The translations under genes were made by a program, and so were the position numbers. The notes under the pieces were generated by a model. It was not told where the DNA came from. It saw nothing but the letters and a program-made list of their open reading frames with translations, and made no database searches. A stretch of DNA of 64,000 bases from Mytilus edulis (taxonomy: Eukaryota): NCBI RefSeq assembly GCF_963676685.1, contig NC_092353.1, forward strand, positions 1,612,001 to 1,676,000, written 5' to 3'. This document shows, piece by piece, positions 12,180-25,000 of the stretch (position 1 is its first letter; the number at the start of each line of letters is the position of its first letter).

Positions 12180-15100
12180 TTATATATTTGAGAAATCTTT
12201 CTCATATTTATTTCTGAAACTGAAATTATAAGCATGGTACACATCTCTGTCATTTTCTGGTTCAGTCACAGTAAATCCACCATCTTGTCCATGATTCCTC
12301 CTAAAAGGGAAATTAAATGGTTAGTTCATATCATAGATTATCTTGTAAAAAGGTTAATTAATTTTAAGTGTTAAAAAACTTTCGCACAAGACCTCTCTGA
12401 CTGGTCAGGTCTCAGTTAAAAATTTTGAAGTTTTAAAGTTTTCAGCTATATTGTGTCCAAAAACTTTTACAAAAATTAATTCTAAATAGAAAGCATAAAA
12501 TTATATTTGCTAATTAAGGGGAGATAAATCAAAATGAATTTATGATTCTACTACTGTTGTATCCTACTTTAACTTTTGTCAAATGAAAGCTGATATATTA
12601 TTGCCTGAGAAGCTATTTTAATATTTTTTCCATTAAAGTTATTTTATAATAATTTTAAGTGTTATTAGAAGTACTATTATTCATATTTACCTATGTACAA
12701 GTATTCCTATGGCTACAAAAACAATGATGATTATTGTGAAGGCAATAACTGCTACGATGATAACTCTAAAGTCTACAATAGATAGAAGCAGCAGATTAGT
12801 TGTAATCACTTGCCATTAATGTTTTTAAAATGTATACAGTCCATCATAAAATGTAAGAAGGATATTCAAAATTAAATTTTGACCGTAACAGAACATGTGA
12901 AGGTCTGACTCCTACTTATAAAAGCTGGAATTTATTGCTCTATTGATTGGTGTTTAATGACACTTTTCAACGTTTTTCTGAATGGTAAGTTTTTTTGGTG
13001 TGAGATGGAGGAAATAACTTCAGACCATTGACAGGAAAACTGACAATCCTTTTCAATTAAAATTGAAGTCAAGTGCAGTTTTAAACTTGCAACCTCAGTG
13101 GTATCATGCGAGTTATACAGTAGTTCGACTAATTATACCACTTAGTCACTGTCAGACCCCTTTAGAGCTTGAAATTAGCTGTTTGGAAAAGGTTGAGTTT
13201 GAAGAAAACATATAAATTTATTATTGAAAAAAAGGTATAAAAAAAGTTTGAACATGAAGACACATGTATATTTTACCTGTATCTACATCTACTTGATGGC
13301 CATTCCCACCAACATCTATAATGATGGAAGGGTGAAAAAGTGAATATGATGAACTTGGTGTAATGCTGCCAAGTATTGTAGAGTCTGTTTGATTGGATAA
13401 AAACATTGAAGTTAGGTGTGTTTGATTGTCAAAGACTGATGAATTTGTCACTAATAATTGTAGTGACTCTGTTGTAAGGTGCAAGGATGATTCAGTAGAT
13501 AACAGCACTGTTTGATTGGATAAAAACATGGAAGTTAGGTGTGTTTGATTGGTAAACACTGATGAACTTGTCACTAATAATTGTAGTGTCTCTTCTGTAT
13601 GGTGCCATGATGAATCGGTAGATAAAAACACTGAATTATCAGTAGATAAAAACATTGAATTGTCAGTAAGAGTTTGAAAACTGAAATACTCTGATTGGTG
13701 AAAACTTGTGGAGATGAATTGCATGTGTGATGTTTTGATTGGCTCAGTAAATGTCTGTATAGACGGTACTTGGTCAGATATAAAACTGGTATACAGGATT
13801 GTGTTATAACTCTGAGGTGTTGATGGTATCACAATTGGATAGCTCATACACTGGATATTCATGCCTGAAGTATAAAAAATGTATTTTATTCCTAAAGATT
13901 TGTAAAATTCTATGAAGAGTGTAAAGAGCAGGAAAGGCTAGCCCTGACATGATTTTTTGTTGGTATGGTATTTGAATTGTCATGGTTTGGTCTTTTATTT
14001 TTGTTTGAATAATGGTTTTAAATCATGCCTCTATTACCTTATTCTTTTGTTGTCTTTCAGATTATTTTTATATTTTTCTCAATATATATTGTCTATTCTT
14101 TGAAGAAAGTCTCTTCCAAAAGAGAAAATAGATTTAATAAATGGCTAACAATAAACAAGCCAACAAAATTTAAATTAGAATTACGCCAAACATAATTACT
14201 GCGTCCTGTGATTTCCATCCATAGTTTGAACACTTCCTGTTTATCCTGATTATCTAGTAACAGTTCTACATAGTCCATACCACTAAAGATTATCTCACTT
14301 CTAATGTTCACATCATTGACATGAATCGTAGCTTTATTAGTCACAAACATAAACACAACTGGACTGTCATGTGATTTCTGATGATCGTAGATCTCAGCTG
14401 TAATATTCTGACCTGTTATATTACAGTGACAATTGGCGGGATCAAGTTTGTCTCCAGGATAGTCAGGAGATTTTAAGTAAAGTTTTTGTTTATTTTGAGC
14501 AGTGTATGGTTTGCAGACGTCAATCATTTGGTGCTCTGAAAATGAAAAAAATGTAGTTAAAGGGAGGTAATTCTATTTTTTGGGGTGTTAAATTTTACTT
14601 TATTTGATTATCAGAAATTGGATTATGACAGAGAAATTATTGGAAATGTAATAGAAAAATTCAAAAAATCATTCATAATAAAATATATTGCTTAGATAAT
14701 ATAATCATTTGTTACATTATATATTGTACCTTCATTCCTGAAATGAATTGCATTATAGACAGTACTTAGTCTAATTTCCGTGTTTTCAATGCTCAAACAA
14801 GTTTTTTTCATGACCAATAAATTGTACAATGTTATAAAATAGAAAATTAATCTTAGATAAACATCTTTGATATTTCTGATTCTTTTTAAAGAATGATAAA
14901 ATGGAGCTCTCATAAGTCAGGCTAAAATACTTACTTGAAAAACAGTCATAGAACACTGTGAAAGAAGAAGCATTCTGACTACCACAGACTTGTAGGATAA
15001 ATCCTGAGGATATCGGAAAGGAACAATGACTGTATCCATTACATTTCTGTGCACTGACTGGATTGATGATCTCTGCCTGACTACAATGACCAGGATCATA

Positions 15101-15681
15101 GTGACACTTGTCTGTAGGGCTGTAGGAATACTGTTCGTACAGGATGTGCAGAATATACTGGTCATTCCCACAGGAGAGAGAAAATATATTTCCGACACAC
15201 ACAGTAGCTTTCATTGATGATTCAACTTGGAATAAAAAAAAAAGGAATTAAATTTGTAGAAGTTATCTTTATGTTCTACATTTCAAGTAATTTAGTTTAC
15301 TTATTTTTATGGATTGGAAGAAATCATACAATGTAAATATGAAAGATAGCGGCAAAGGTTTAAACAACTCTACTGCTAAAAAATAACAAAAGAGTTTTAC
15401 AATGTGCCTAATTCAGTAAGATCTTAATGCTGTTTCTGCACCTATATTTCATAAACAATTCTTTCATACATGCCAAAAACAAGATTTAGATTTTTTCAAA
15501 GTTTTATCTGCAAACAGTATGTCAGTCCTTTTATTTTTTGCTGTATTTCTCAAAGACGCCTGATCAAGCTCTCAAAGAGTTTCAGTGAACTAAATATGAT
15601 AAATGATTATATTCTGTAACACTCACCCTTTCTAGACAACTCTATCATAACTAAAAGGATGAACCATGCTGTCCACTCCAT
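12180..15681 (-). CDS. Nested antisense type-I membrane protein (~490 aa): signal peptide, SUEL/Gal-lectin-like Cys domain, CUB-like domain, Ser/Thr-rich stalk, TM helix, short Tyr-containing tail
   Basis: Exons 15681-15627 (MEWTAWFILLVMIELSRK), 15225-14935 (TVCVGNIFSLSC...KCNGYSHCSF...VFYDC), 14535-14200 (IDVC...YLKSPDYP...NCHCNI...LWMEITG; this donor is the least certain), 13864-13277 (S/T-rich), 12772-12691 (DFRVIIVAVIAFTIIIIVFVAIGILVHR) and 12300-12180 (RNHGQDGG...DVYHAYNF...YEKDFSNI*). All junctions are GT-AG and phase-compatible; total 1473 nt. Confidence 0.88.
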
Positions 15682-16612
15682 TGTTTGTTATGTCATCTTT
15701 GTGTGAAGTAATATCATCCTATGGAAATATACAAGTATTTGTAAGATAAAATACTACATACTTTCAATCTGTTTGAGAGGTGAATCAGGATGCCCAGGAA
15801 AAATGGTTGGGCCAATTTCCCCTCTTTTTGTTTCGGGCTCAAAATATAAACTTTGCCATAACCTAAGCTTGCATTTAAAAATGAAAGAGTATACAATATA
15901 TACTTGAAACTTTCTTTTTTTTCTTTTTTGTCCGTTGATCTTTACTGTTTTTATGTACCAAGAACTTGAAGTTTAAGTTTTGTGTTTTTGCCCATACAAG
16001 TGAATAATATTTAGTATTTACCTATTTAGAATAAATCTAATGATATCCATATTTACATCTGACATTGACTCAATGAAGGGATGTTATGATGTAATTTGTA
16101 TTGTTAAATTGGTAATCAATGTCTTTTCTGTCACAGATGTTTTGTCTGGTCATGTGACCTAAAATGTCTCAAAAATAAATTGAAATATTGTCTGGGAAAT
16201 TAAACCAGTATGAACTGTCTTATTGATGCTGAGGATGTCTCTATGACACTTGAATCAATTATCTGATGAAGTTTTATAAAAGAAAACAATAATTTCTTAT
16301 GGCCATTGTATTCTGCTCAGACACTAAATTTAAGGGATAAAAATCAGTAAAGAAAATCCTTTATTGAGATATTGAGAGACGTAGAAATTATAACAAGGCA
16401 ATCATTATGTTTTCATTCATATCAGACTGAAGGAATATTTAAACAGCAACCAAACAACACAGTATTTAAAAAAAAACACACAAAAAACTTTTAGAAATAA
16501 GAATTGGAAATAGTTCTTATATTGGGAGTATAAAGCCTTTTTGTATTGACAGACTAAGAGTTTATATTTACATACCTTTCATCTGTACAAGTGATTTTGT
16601 TGTCTCAATACT

Positions 16613-17436
16613 TATTAGGGCCCTGCCTTTAGGCGGGTCGCCCTATAGTGATCAGTCTGTCCGTCCGTCCGTCCGTAACACTTTAACTTTGTGTCCGCTC
16701 CATATCTAGAGAACCATTATGATTTCATACTTTATACTTTACATGTTTATTAACCACCACCAGAGGGTGTGTCATGATGTATGTACAACTTCCTAGGTCA
16801 AAGGTCAAGGAAAAAAACTTTGGTTTCAGTTGACAACACTGTGTCCTGTGGTGAAGATCGTGTCCGCTCTATAACTTGAGAACCGTTATGATTTCAAAGT
16901 TTATACTTGACATGTATATGAACCAACACCAGAGAGTGTGTCATAATTTATGAACGACTGCCTAGGGCAAAGTTCAAGGTCAAAAACTTTGGTTTCAGTT
17001 GACAACCCCATGTCCTATGGTAAAGATCGTGTCCGCTCTATATCTTGAGAACCGTTATCATTTCAAAGTTTATACTTGACATGTATATAAACCAACACCA
17101 AAGGGTGTGTCATAATTTATGTGCAACTTCCTAGGTCAAAGGTCAAGGTCAAAAACTTTGGTTTCAGTTGACAACCCTATGTCCTATGGTAAAGATCGTG
17201 TCTGCTCTATATCTTGGGAACCGTTATCATTTCAAAGTTTATACTTGACATGTTTATAAACCAACACCAAAGGGTGTGTCATAATTTATTTACAACTTCC
17301 TAGGTCAAAGGTCAAGGTCAAAAACTTTGATTTCAGTTGACAAACTCATGTCCTATGGTAAAGATACAATTTTTTAATGCACATTATTCACAGCGGGGCC
17401 CACAGAGATGGCTCCCATCTCAATGATATCTAGTTT
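16613..17436 (+). mobile_element. HINE/Helentron-like element with four ~170-bp internal repeats
   Basis: subTIR gggccctgc / gcggggccc, (GTCC)n tract and 3' hairpin gagatggctcccatctc. Confidence 0.8.
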
Positions 17437-17464
17437 TATACAGTTAAGTGCCTTTCTGAACTGA

Positions 17465-17978
17465 TTTTTGTCTGGTCTTGACAGAGTCAAAAAGCAAAAC
17501 ATTGGAATGCTGTTTATGGTGGCGCTATGGTGGTGACAGCAACAATGTATATTTTGTGATTAGGTCAGTTTATGGGGAACCACTAGTAGATGGTCAATAA
17601 TATTTTGTATGCAGTTGTATAAGCATGGGCACATGTCATTGCCATAGAGATCATTTGGCCCTGCCCATCAATCATGGTCTATTGACTTTGAAACTTTTGC
17701 ATAGTTTACAAGTTCATGTTTGTGATTAGGTTTGTTCAAAGGGAACTACTTATAAGTCAATGGTATTTGGTATGCAGTTGTATTAACATTGGCACATCTC
17801 ATTTCCAAGGAGATTGTTGAGCCATGTACCTTCAAGTCGAGGTTCATCCTGGTACCTTTGATAACTGTTTTTCATTGACTTTGAATATTTCCTAATTTCC
17901 TGTATTGCTATTTCATTTCAACATTTGCATAATCAAAATAACAAAAAGGAGAGACATATCTCTGTGATAACAGTTTAT
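17465..17978 (+). mobile_element. Older HINE-like element
   Basis: Two diverged internal repeats (gtatgcagttgtat...gcacat.tcat) and 3' end gagacatatctctgtgataacagtttatt. Confidence 0.5.
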
Positions 17979-19059
17979 TATTGTTAATTTATTTAACATC
18001 ATTGAACTGATCAAAACGAAAACATTAATATTAAATGTTAGTATTAAAGTACTTAAAAAAGTAGAATATACCTGCCGACTATTGAAGTGCTTTTCCCAAG
18101 TAAACCTTGGTGGTTTTACTGGTAATTGTCAAAAGATGGTGAACAATTTATAGCTAATGACATGGGATACAGAACCATACAAGTCTAATTGACCACCTCT
18201 ATAAGTCTTTAATTCATTTCATGTTTGCAAATTAGAAATAAAGTCTAATTACCTTTTTACATCTTCAGTATTAAAATATCCAAAAAAATGAAACCTCTTA
18301 GTCTCAGAAATTCATGTTTCACATTCAACAGTAATGAACAGTGGGTTATGAGGTTTTGTACTTTAATACATTTAAATGGAATATCAGTATAAATGTTGAT
18401 ATAATGATCAGAGTGACAACAAATTAGGTATCTATGGTGAGAACTATGTGGTTATTACATTCAAAATACTATCATTTATAAATAACACCATTCATAAAAA
18501 AAGAATTGTTGTAAACTTAAAATTGAAGTTGTTTAAAATGGTCATAGAAGCCTAAAACATGAATAAAAAACGTGTCCATCATACAAAATGTTTTATATAC
18601 CAGGAGTAATGATGGTATTAGATGAACTGTATCTGAACTGTTACATTGTGTATTGAAAGTCCACTTTTTTTATTGTTAGAGGAAGAGATGTTTTTGGGTA
18701 AACTGATTTTTTAAATGTTAGTTCATATACCTTTTGTAAGTTTATTGATCAAGATTAAAAAGACAGAGGATTTGGATCTCACAAGACTAATTTAACCCTG
18801 CCAGGTCTTTGTGCTTGTCCCAGTCAACATTACATTTTTCCACAGACAGACAGACATAATTCTGGGGAAATCTTAACACATCCTTTTGTAGGGACACCTC
18901 CCTATGTTTATTTGAGAACTGTTGGTTTATCTTCAAAACTTAAAGCTTTGAAGTAAAATTATGTTTATTTGATAGATTTTGAACCAACACACAATATATG
19001 ATATGATCTGATATGTAAAAATAAACATGAGTAATTAATTATTGTTTCTTTATTTTCAG

Positions 19060-22000
19060 TTATTACAACTTAGATGATACAGATCATGACAGTATTAACA
19101 AGTTTTTGTCCAAGTTGGTGGAGCGAGCTCTGTATGAGCTGGAGTGCTCCTATTGTATTGCAGTGGGAGAGGTATGTACAAGTTCTTATCCAAGTTGGTG
19201 GAGCGAGCTCTGTATGAGCTGGAGTGCTCCTATTGTATTGCAGTGGGAGAGGTATGTACAAGTTCTTGTCCCAGTTGGTGGAGTGAGCTCTGTATGAGCT
19301 GGAGTGCTCCTATTGTATTACAGTTGGAGAGGTTTGTACAAGTTCTTGTCCAATTAATGGTTTCACAAGCTCTGTATGAGCTGGAGTACTCCTATTGTAT
19401 TGCAGTGGGAGAGGTATGTACAAGTTCTTGTCCAAGTTGGTGGAGCGAGCTCTGTATGAGCTGGAGTGATCCTATTGTATTGCAGTGGGAGAGGTATGTA
19501 CAAGTTCTTGTCCAAGTTGGTGGAGCGAGCTCTGTATGAGCTGGTGCTCCTATTGTATTGCAGTGGGAGAGGTATGTACAAGTTCTTGTCCAAGTTGGTG
19601 GAGCAAGCTCTGTATGAGCTGGAGTGCTCCTATTGTATTGCAGTGGGAGAGGTATGTACAAGTTCTTGTCCAAGTTGGTGGAGCAAGCTCTGTATGAGCT
19701 GGAGTGCTCCTATTGTATTGCAGTTGGAGAGGTTTGTACAAGTTCTTGTCCAATTAATGGGTTCACAAGCTTTGTATTCATGAGCTATCGAGTTCTTTTT
19801 GTTTTGTATTTTGAGAGATATGTTGATACCCCGAGTTATTAAGGACATTTTCTATCATCTGGTTAATAGTCATTTGTATGAGCCTCAGCACTCTTCATGT
19901 ATTGGGGGTAGACGATACATACTATAAAACTTGTCCTTAGTTGGTAAAACGACCTCTGTATTATATTCAGTGTTCTTATATTGTATGGCTGATACTTAAT
20001 CTGCTCTGGAAATGATTAGTTGTTACAAAATATTAGAAGTCTTTATACAGATAGGATAAATACTTGATCAGTGTTATAACAAATAAGAATGGATTGCAAT
20101 AAATACAAATCAGACATAAGATTTTCTGCATGCATGTGAAAGATTTAACTGCTACCTCATTACTTTTAATATTAATATGTTCTTGTTTCAGGACAACAGA
20201 ACCATAGACCCACAAACACTAGGTAGAATATCATCATATTATTATCTCAACCACAACACAGTACGCATGTTTAGAGATGAACTCAAACCAGAAAGTTCTA
20301 TAGCAGAACTGTTGGATGTTTTATCTGTAAGTACATAACTTAGGGTGAATGGAAAAATCCTGATTTTTTGGTTGTGTGGTTTAACTTTATTTTGACTCAA
20401 TCAAATGTTATGAAACATATACACAATGCTTATTTATACCAACATGACCAAAAAATCAAATCAAGCTCGAATTTTTATAGCATCACTTTTACTGTTCTTG
20501 AGTTATGGCCCTTTATCTGTAAATACTGTTGAATTTTTCATTTATTTATTTTGCCTCAATCAAATGTTAAAAAACTTATACACAATGCTACACCATAAAA
20601 CACAGATTTCAAGCAGTCACTCTTGAATTAAGTATGAACTTTTAAGTGATTGCAATAGACAGTTACAAGGAAAAGAATTTGAATTACAAAGAAAAGAGTT
20701 CTTTGATAACTGTTCATGTCTTGTTTTCAGTGAGGGCCTTCCGGTATTCTGAAAGATGCATAGAATTAACTTTGTATTAATTTGATTATATTTATTTCAG
20801 AACGCTAATGAGTATGATGAGTTACCTGTCAGACATAATGAAGATCAGCTTAACAGGTAAATGCATCCAAATCTATTTTAATATGTTATTGTAAATAGTG
20901 TAAGCATGTCACTGATTCAGTTTGCTTCGTTCTTTTACGCCAATTTAATAGTGCGTTTATTAATTAGAATATTTGCCTTTACCTAGAGTGCTTCGATCCA
21001 AAACCATTACCATATTTGTCCTATCGCTTGTGGTGAAATATTTAGGCTAAAAGTCTATTCTGTGGTAAAATTAGTATTAATTCAAGCCCCCATTAATTAT
21101 TTCTTAAATTAATGAGATAACTTTTAGTCTAGCAGTATGTGTTTCTACACACATTTCTCTTATACAGAATGATCAGTCAATTGTTTTTAAATAATAGGTT
21201 AAAAATCTTACAAAGAAAAGTAATTGACAGGATTTTGTCAGCAGCTCAACAATGATGAGTTTTATTCATGTGTGCTTTCAAAGTCTGTCAGATGTGTACT
21301 TTCTGTTTTCCAATACTTTGAATGACAATTTGGGTATGCTAAACAGCCCATCTCATGGCATTTTATTTCAACTGAATTTTATTGTTGTTTATATTTTATT
21401 TATTTAGTGAGCTTGCCAAGAAGTTACCTGTGGAAGTTAATCAGTACACATATGACTCGGCCCATACAAAAGCCAATCTGTTGTTACAGGCTCATTTTGG
21501 ACATGGTCAGGTTGGACTACCATCTACAGATTACAACACTGACACCAAGTCTGTTTTAGATCAGGCTATTAGAATATTACAGGTAAGGAAAGGCCCATGG
21601 TCATGGTCTCCATTAATAATTACAACACTAGCTTAGTTTTTGACGCATTTTTTAATTTTTCTCAGGAAGTACATTTTTAATGGAAAAATAAAAGTGTAAT
21701 GGTTCTGGTAATTGATGCTTCATAGAAACATAGAAATAAAACAAACACTTCATGATAATTTTATTTCTAGGCAATGTTAGATGTATCAGCTGATGAAGGC
21801 TGGTTAGTAACATCGTTAAGGATTATGCAGATGGTTCAAATGGTTATTCAAGGTCTCTGGTGTCATGACAACAATCTTTTGACCTTGCCACACATGATGC
21901 CTTACCACCTTGCTTGTTTTAGGTAGGTAGCCATAGCAACTATCTTTCTGCCATTGTCTCCAAAAGCTCATTTTCACACTTGAAGCACATTGTTCTTTTA

Positions 22001-25000
22001 CCATACAATAAGTTCTGTCACAACACAAGTTGCACAATCTCAAATATAAAAATAAGTTGCACAATCTTAAATATAAAAAATAATTGCACAAGCTCAAACA
22101 TGAACACAAGTTGCTTTCATATTTAAAAACAAGTTGCACAATCTTAAATATAAAAACAAGTTGCACAGTCTCAAATATAAAAACAAGTTGCTTAAACTCA
22201 AATATAAAACACATTCAATAAACCCTAAACCAGAAATGTTTGAGTGAATGTTTCTAACTATAATTCCAGGCCATGGAAAGGACATGGAGCTAAGAAGAAA
22301 GGATATCCTGACATAAAGAGCCCTATAGAAACTCTGCCTCAATTAATGGCTGTTTGTGATGGAAGGTTTGAGGCACTTAATGCTATGTTAGGGGAAGAAA
22401 TGGACAGAGCACATCTGGAACAAGTGAGATTTAATAAGACTACCATTTTTTTAATCTTTCAAATTGGAACGTTTTGTAATAAATAACCAGAAACAATATC
22501 AGATTATATAAAAATGCTTGTCTAATCATTGAACAAATGCTAAAATATCATTAGCAGCCATATTGTACCATATCTTAGGGATCACCAAAATCTAAAATCT
22601 AAACTTTAATTTGGTTGTCTTTGACATGTTGCATTTTCTCTAATTGCATTCTTGTTTTTATACGACCGCAAAAATTTAAATTTTTTGGTCGTATATTGCT
22701 ATCACTTTGGCGTTGTCGTCGTCGTCCGAATACTTTTAGTTTTCGCACTCTAACTTTAGTAAAAATGAATAGAATTCAATGAAATTTTAACACAAGGTTT
22801 ATGACGACAAAAGGAAGGTTGGGATTGATTTTGGGAGTTTTGGTCCCAACATTTTAGGAATTAGGGGCCAAAAAGGGCCCAAATAAGCATTTTCTTGGTT
22901 TTCGCACTATAACTATAGTTTAAGTGAATAGAAATCTATGAAATTTTGACATAAGGTTTATGACCACAAAAGGACGGTTGGGATTGATTTTGGGAGTTTT
23001 GGTCCCAACAGTTTAGGAATTTTAAAAGGGCCAAAAAAGGGCCCAAATAAGCATTATTCTTGGTTTTCGCACAATAACTTTAGTATAAGTAAATAGAAAT
23101 CAATGAAATTCAAACACAAGGTTTATGACCACAAAAGGACGGTTGGGATTGATTTTTGGAGTTGAGGTCACAACAGTTTATGAATTAGGGGCCAAAAATA
23201 GGCCCAAATAAGCATTATTTTTGGTTTTTGCACCATGACTTTAGTATAAGTAAATAGAAATCTATGAAATTTAAACACAAGGTTTATGACCATAAAAGGA
23301 AGGTTGGGTTTGCTTTTGGGAGTTTTGGTCCCAACAGTTTAGGAATAAGGGGCCCAAAGGGTCCAAAATTGAACTTTGTGTGATTTCATCAAAAATTGAA
23401 TAATTGGGGTTCTTTGATATGCCGAATCTAACTATGTATGTAGATTCTTAATTTTTGGTCCCGTTTTCAAATTGGTCTACATTAAGGTCCAAAGGGTCCA
23501 AAATTAAACTTAGTTTGATTTTAACAAAAATTGAATCCTTGGGGTTCTTTGATATGCTGAATTTAAAAATGTACTTAGATTTTTAATTATTGGCCTAGTT
23601 TTCAAGTTGGTCCAAATGGGGGTCCAAAATTAAACTTTGTTTGATTTCATCAAAAATTGAATAAATGGGTTCTTTGATATGCCAAATCTAACTGTGTATG
23701 TAGATTCTTAATTTTTGGTCCAGTTTTCAAATTGGTCTACATTAAGGTCCAAAGGGTCCAAAATTAAACTAAGTTTGATTTTAACAAAAATTAAATTCTT
23801 GGGCTTATTTGATATGCTTTATCTAAAAATGTACTTTGATTTTTGATTATGGGCCCAGTTTTCAAGTTGGTCCAAATCAGGATTCCATATCAAGTATTGT
23901 GCAATAGCAAGAAATTTTCAATTGCACAGTATTGCACAATAGCAAGAAATATCTAATTGCACAATATTGTGCAATAGCAATTAATTTTCAATTGGAGTTA
24001 TCTTTCTTTGAATAGAATAGTAGTTGATAATATATGTTGGAAATTTGCCAGACATGACTATGATGTCATTTTCTATTTTTATTTGCCAATAACTTTATGT
24101 AAATAACTTCATTGGAAATTTGCCAATATAAAATGTTGCTGATGAAGCTTTTTTTCCTTATCTTATCTAAAATGTTTTTAGATAATGTATGGTGGACATT
24201 TGCCAGACATGACTATGATGTCATTTTCTATTTTTATTTGCCAATAACTTTATGTAAATAACTTCATTGGAAATTTGCCAATATAAAATGTTGCTGATGA
24301 AGTTTTTTTTTATTGTTTTATACAATAAACAATGTATATTCACTTTTACTACCAACCAATCTTTACCATTCAGTGATAACAAGCACTTTATTTTACATTT
24401 TAATATTTTATGATGTATTTAAAAGAGTAGTTATTGTTGCAAACTCCATTAGAAATTTGAATTGATATCAGTTTTGGAAAAAGGGAAACGGGGATGTGAA
24501 AAAAAAGGGGGGGGGGGTTAAATTTTTCTCATTTCAGATTTCTTTAATTGATTTGTAAAATCTTGACATTTGTTTTGTGTAAAAAAAACCATGTAATGTC
24601 AAAATTTGATCACAATCCAAATTCAGAGCTGTATCACGCTTGAATGTTTTGTCCATACTTGCCCCAACTGTTCAGGGTTCGATCTCTGCGGTTGTATAAA
24701 GCTGCGCCCTGCGGAGCACCTGGTTATAGATTAAAATGTTGGTTTTCCTGTTTGAGTTGTTTTACACTAGTCATTTTAGGGCCTTTTATATTTTCCAGCA
24801 CTGTGTTAAAGGCGGTACTTTTACCTTAATGGTTTACTTTTTACACATTGTGACTTGGATGAAGAGTTGTCTCATTGGCACTCAGCCCACATCTTCTTAT
24901 ATCTTTTTGTTTGGATCTTGAATTTTAGTTTTTATTAGGAATACTAGAATTGCCAGTGAAATCAAGGTACAATTGGACAAGTGTTGAAACAATAAGTAAG

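Noticed and set aside
19070-19848. Many overlapping Cys-rich ORFs
   Set aside because: They are frame-rotating translations of the 80-bp repeat. Only 19060-19171 is a supported exon.
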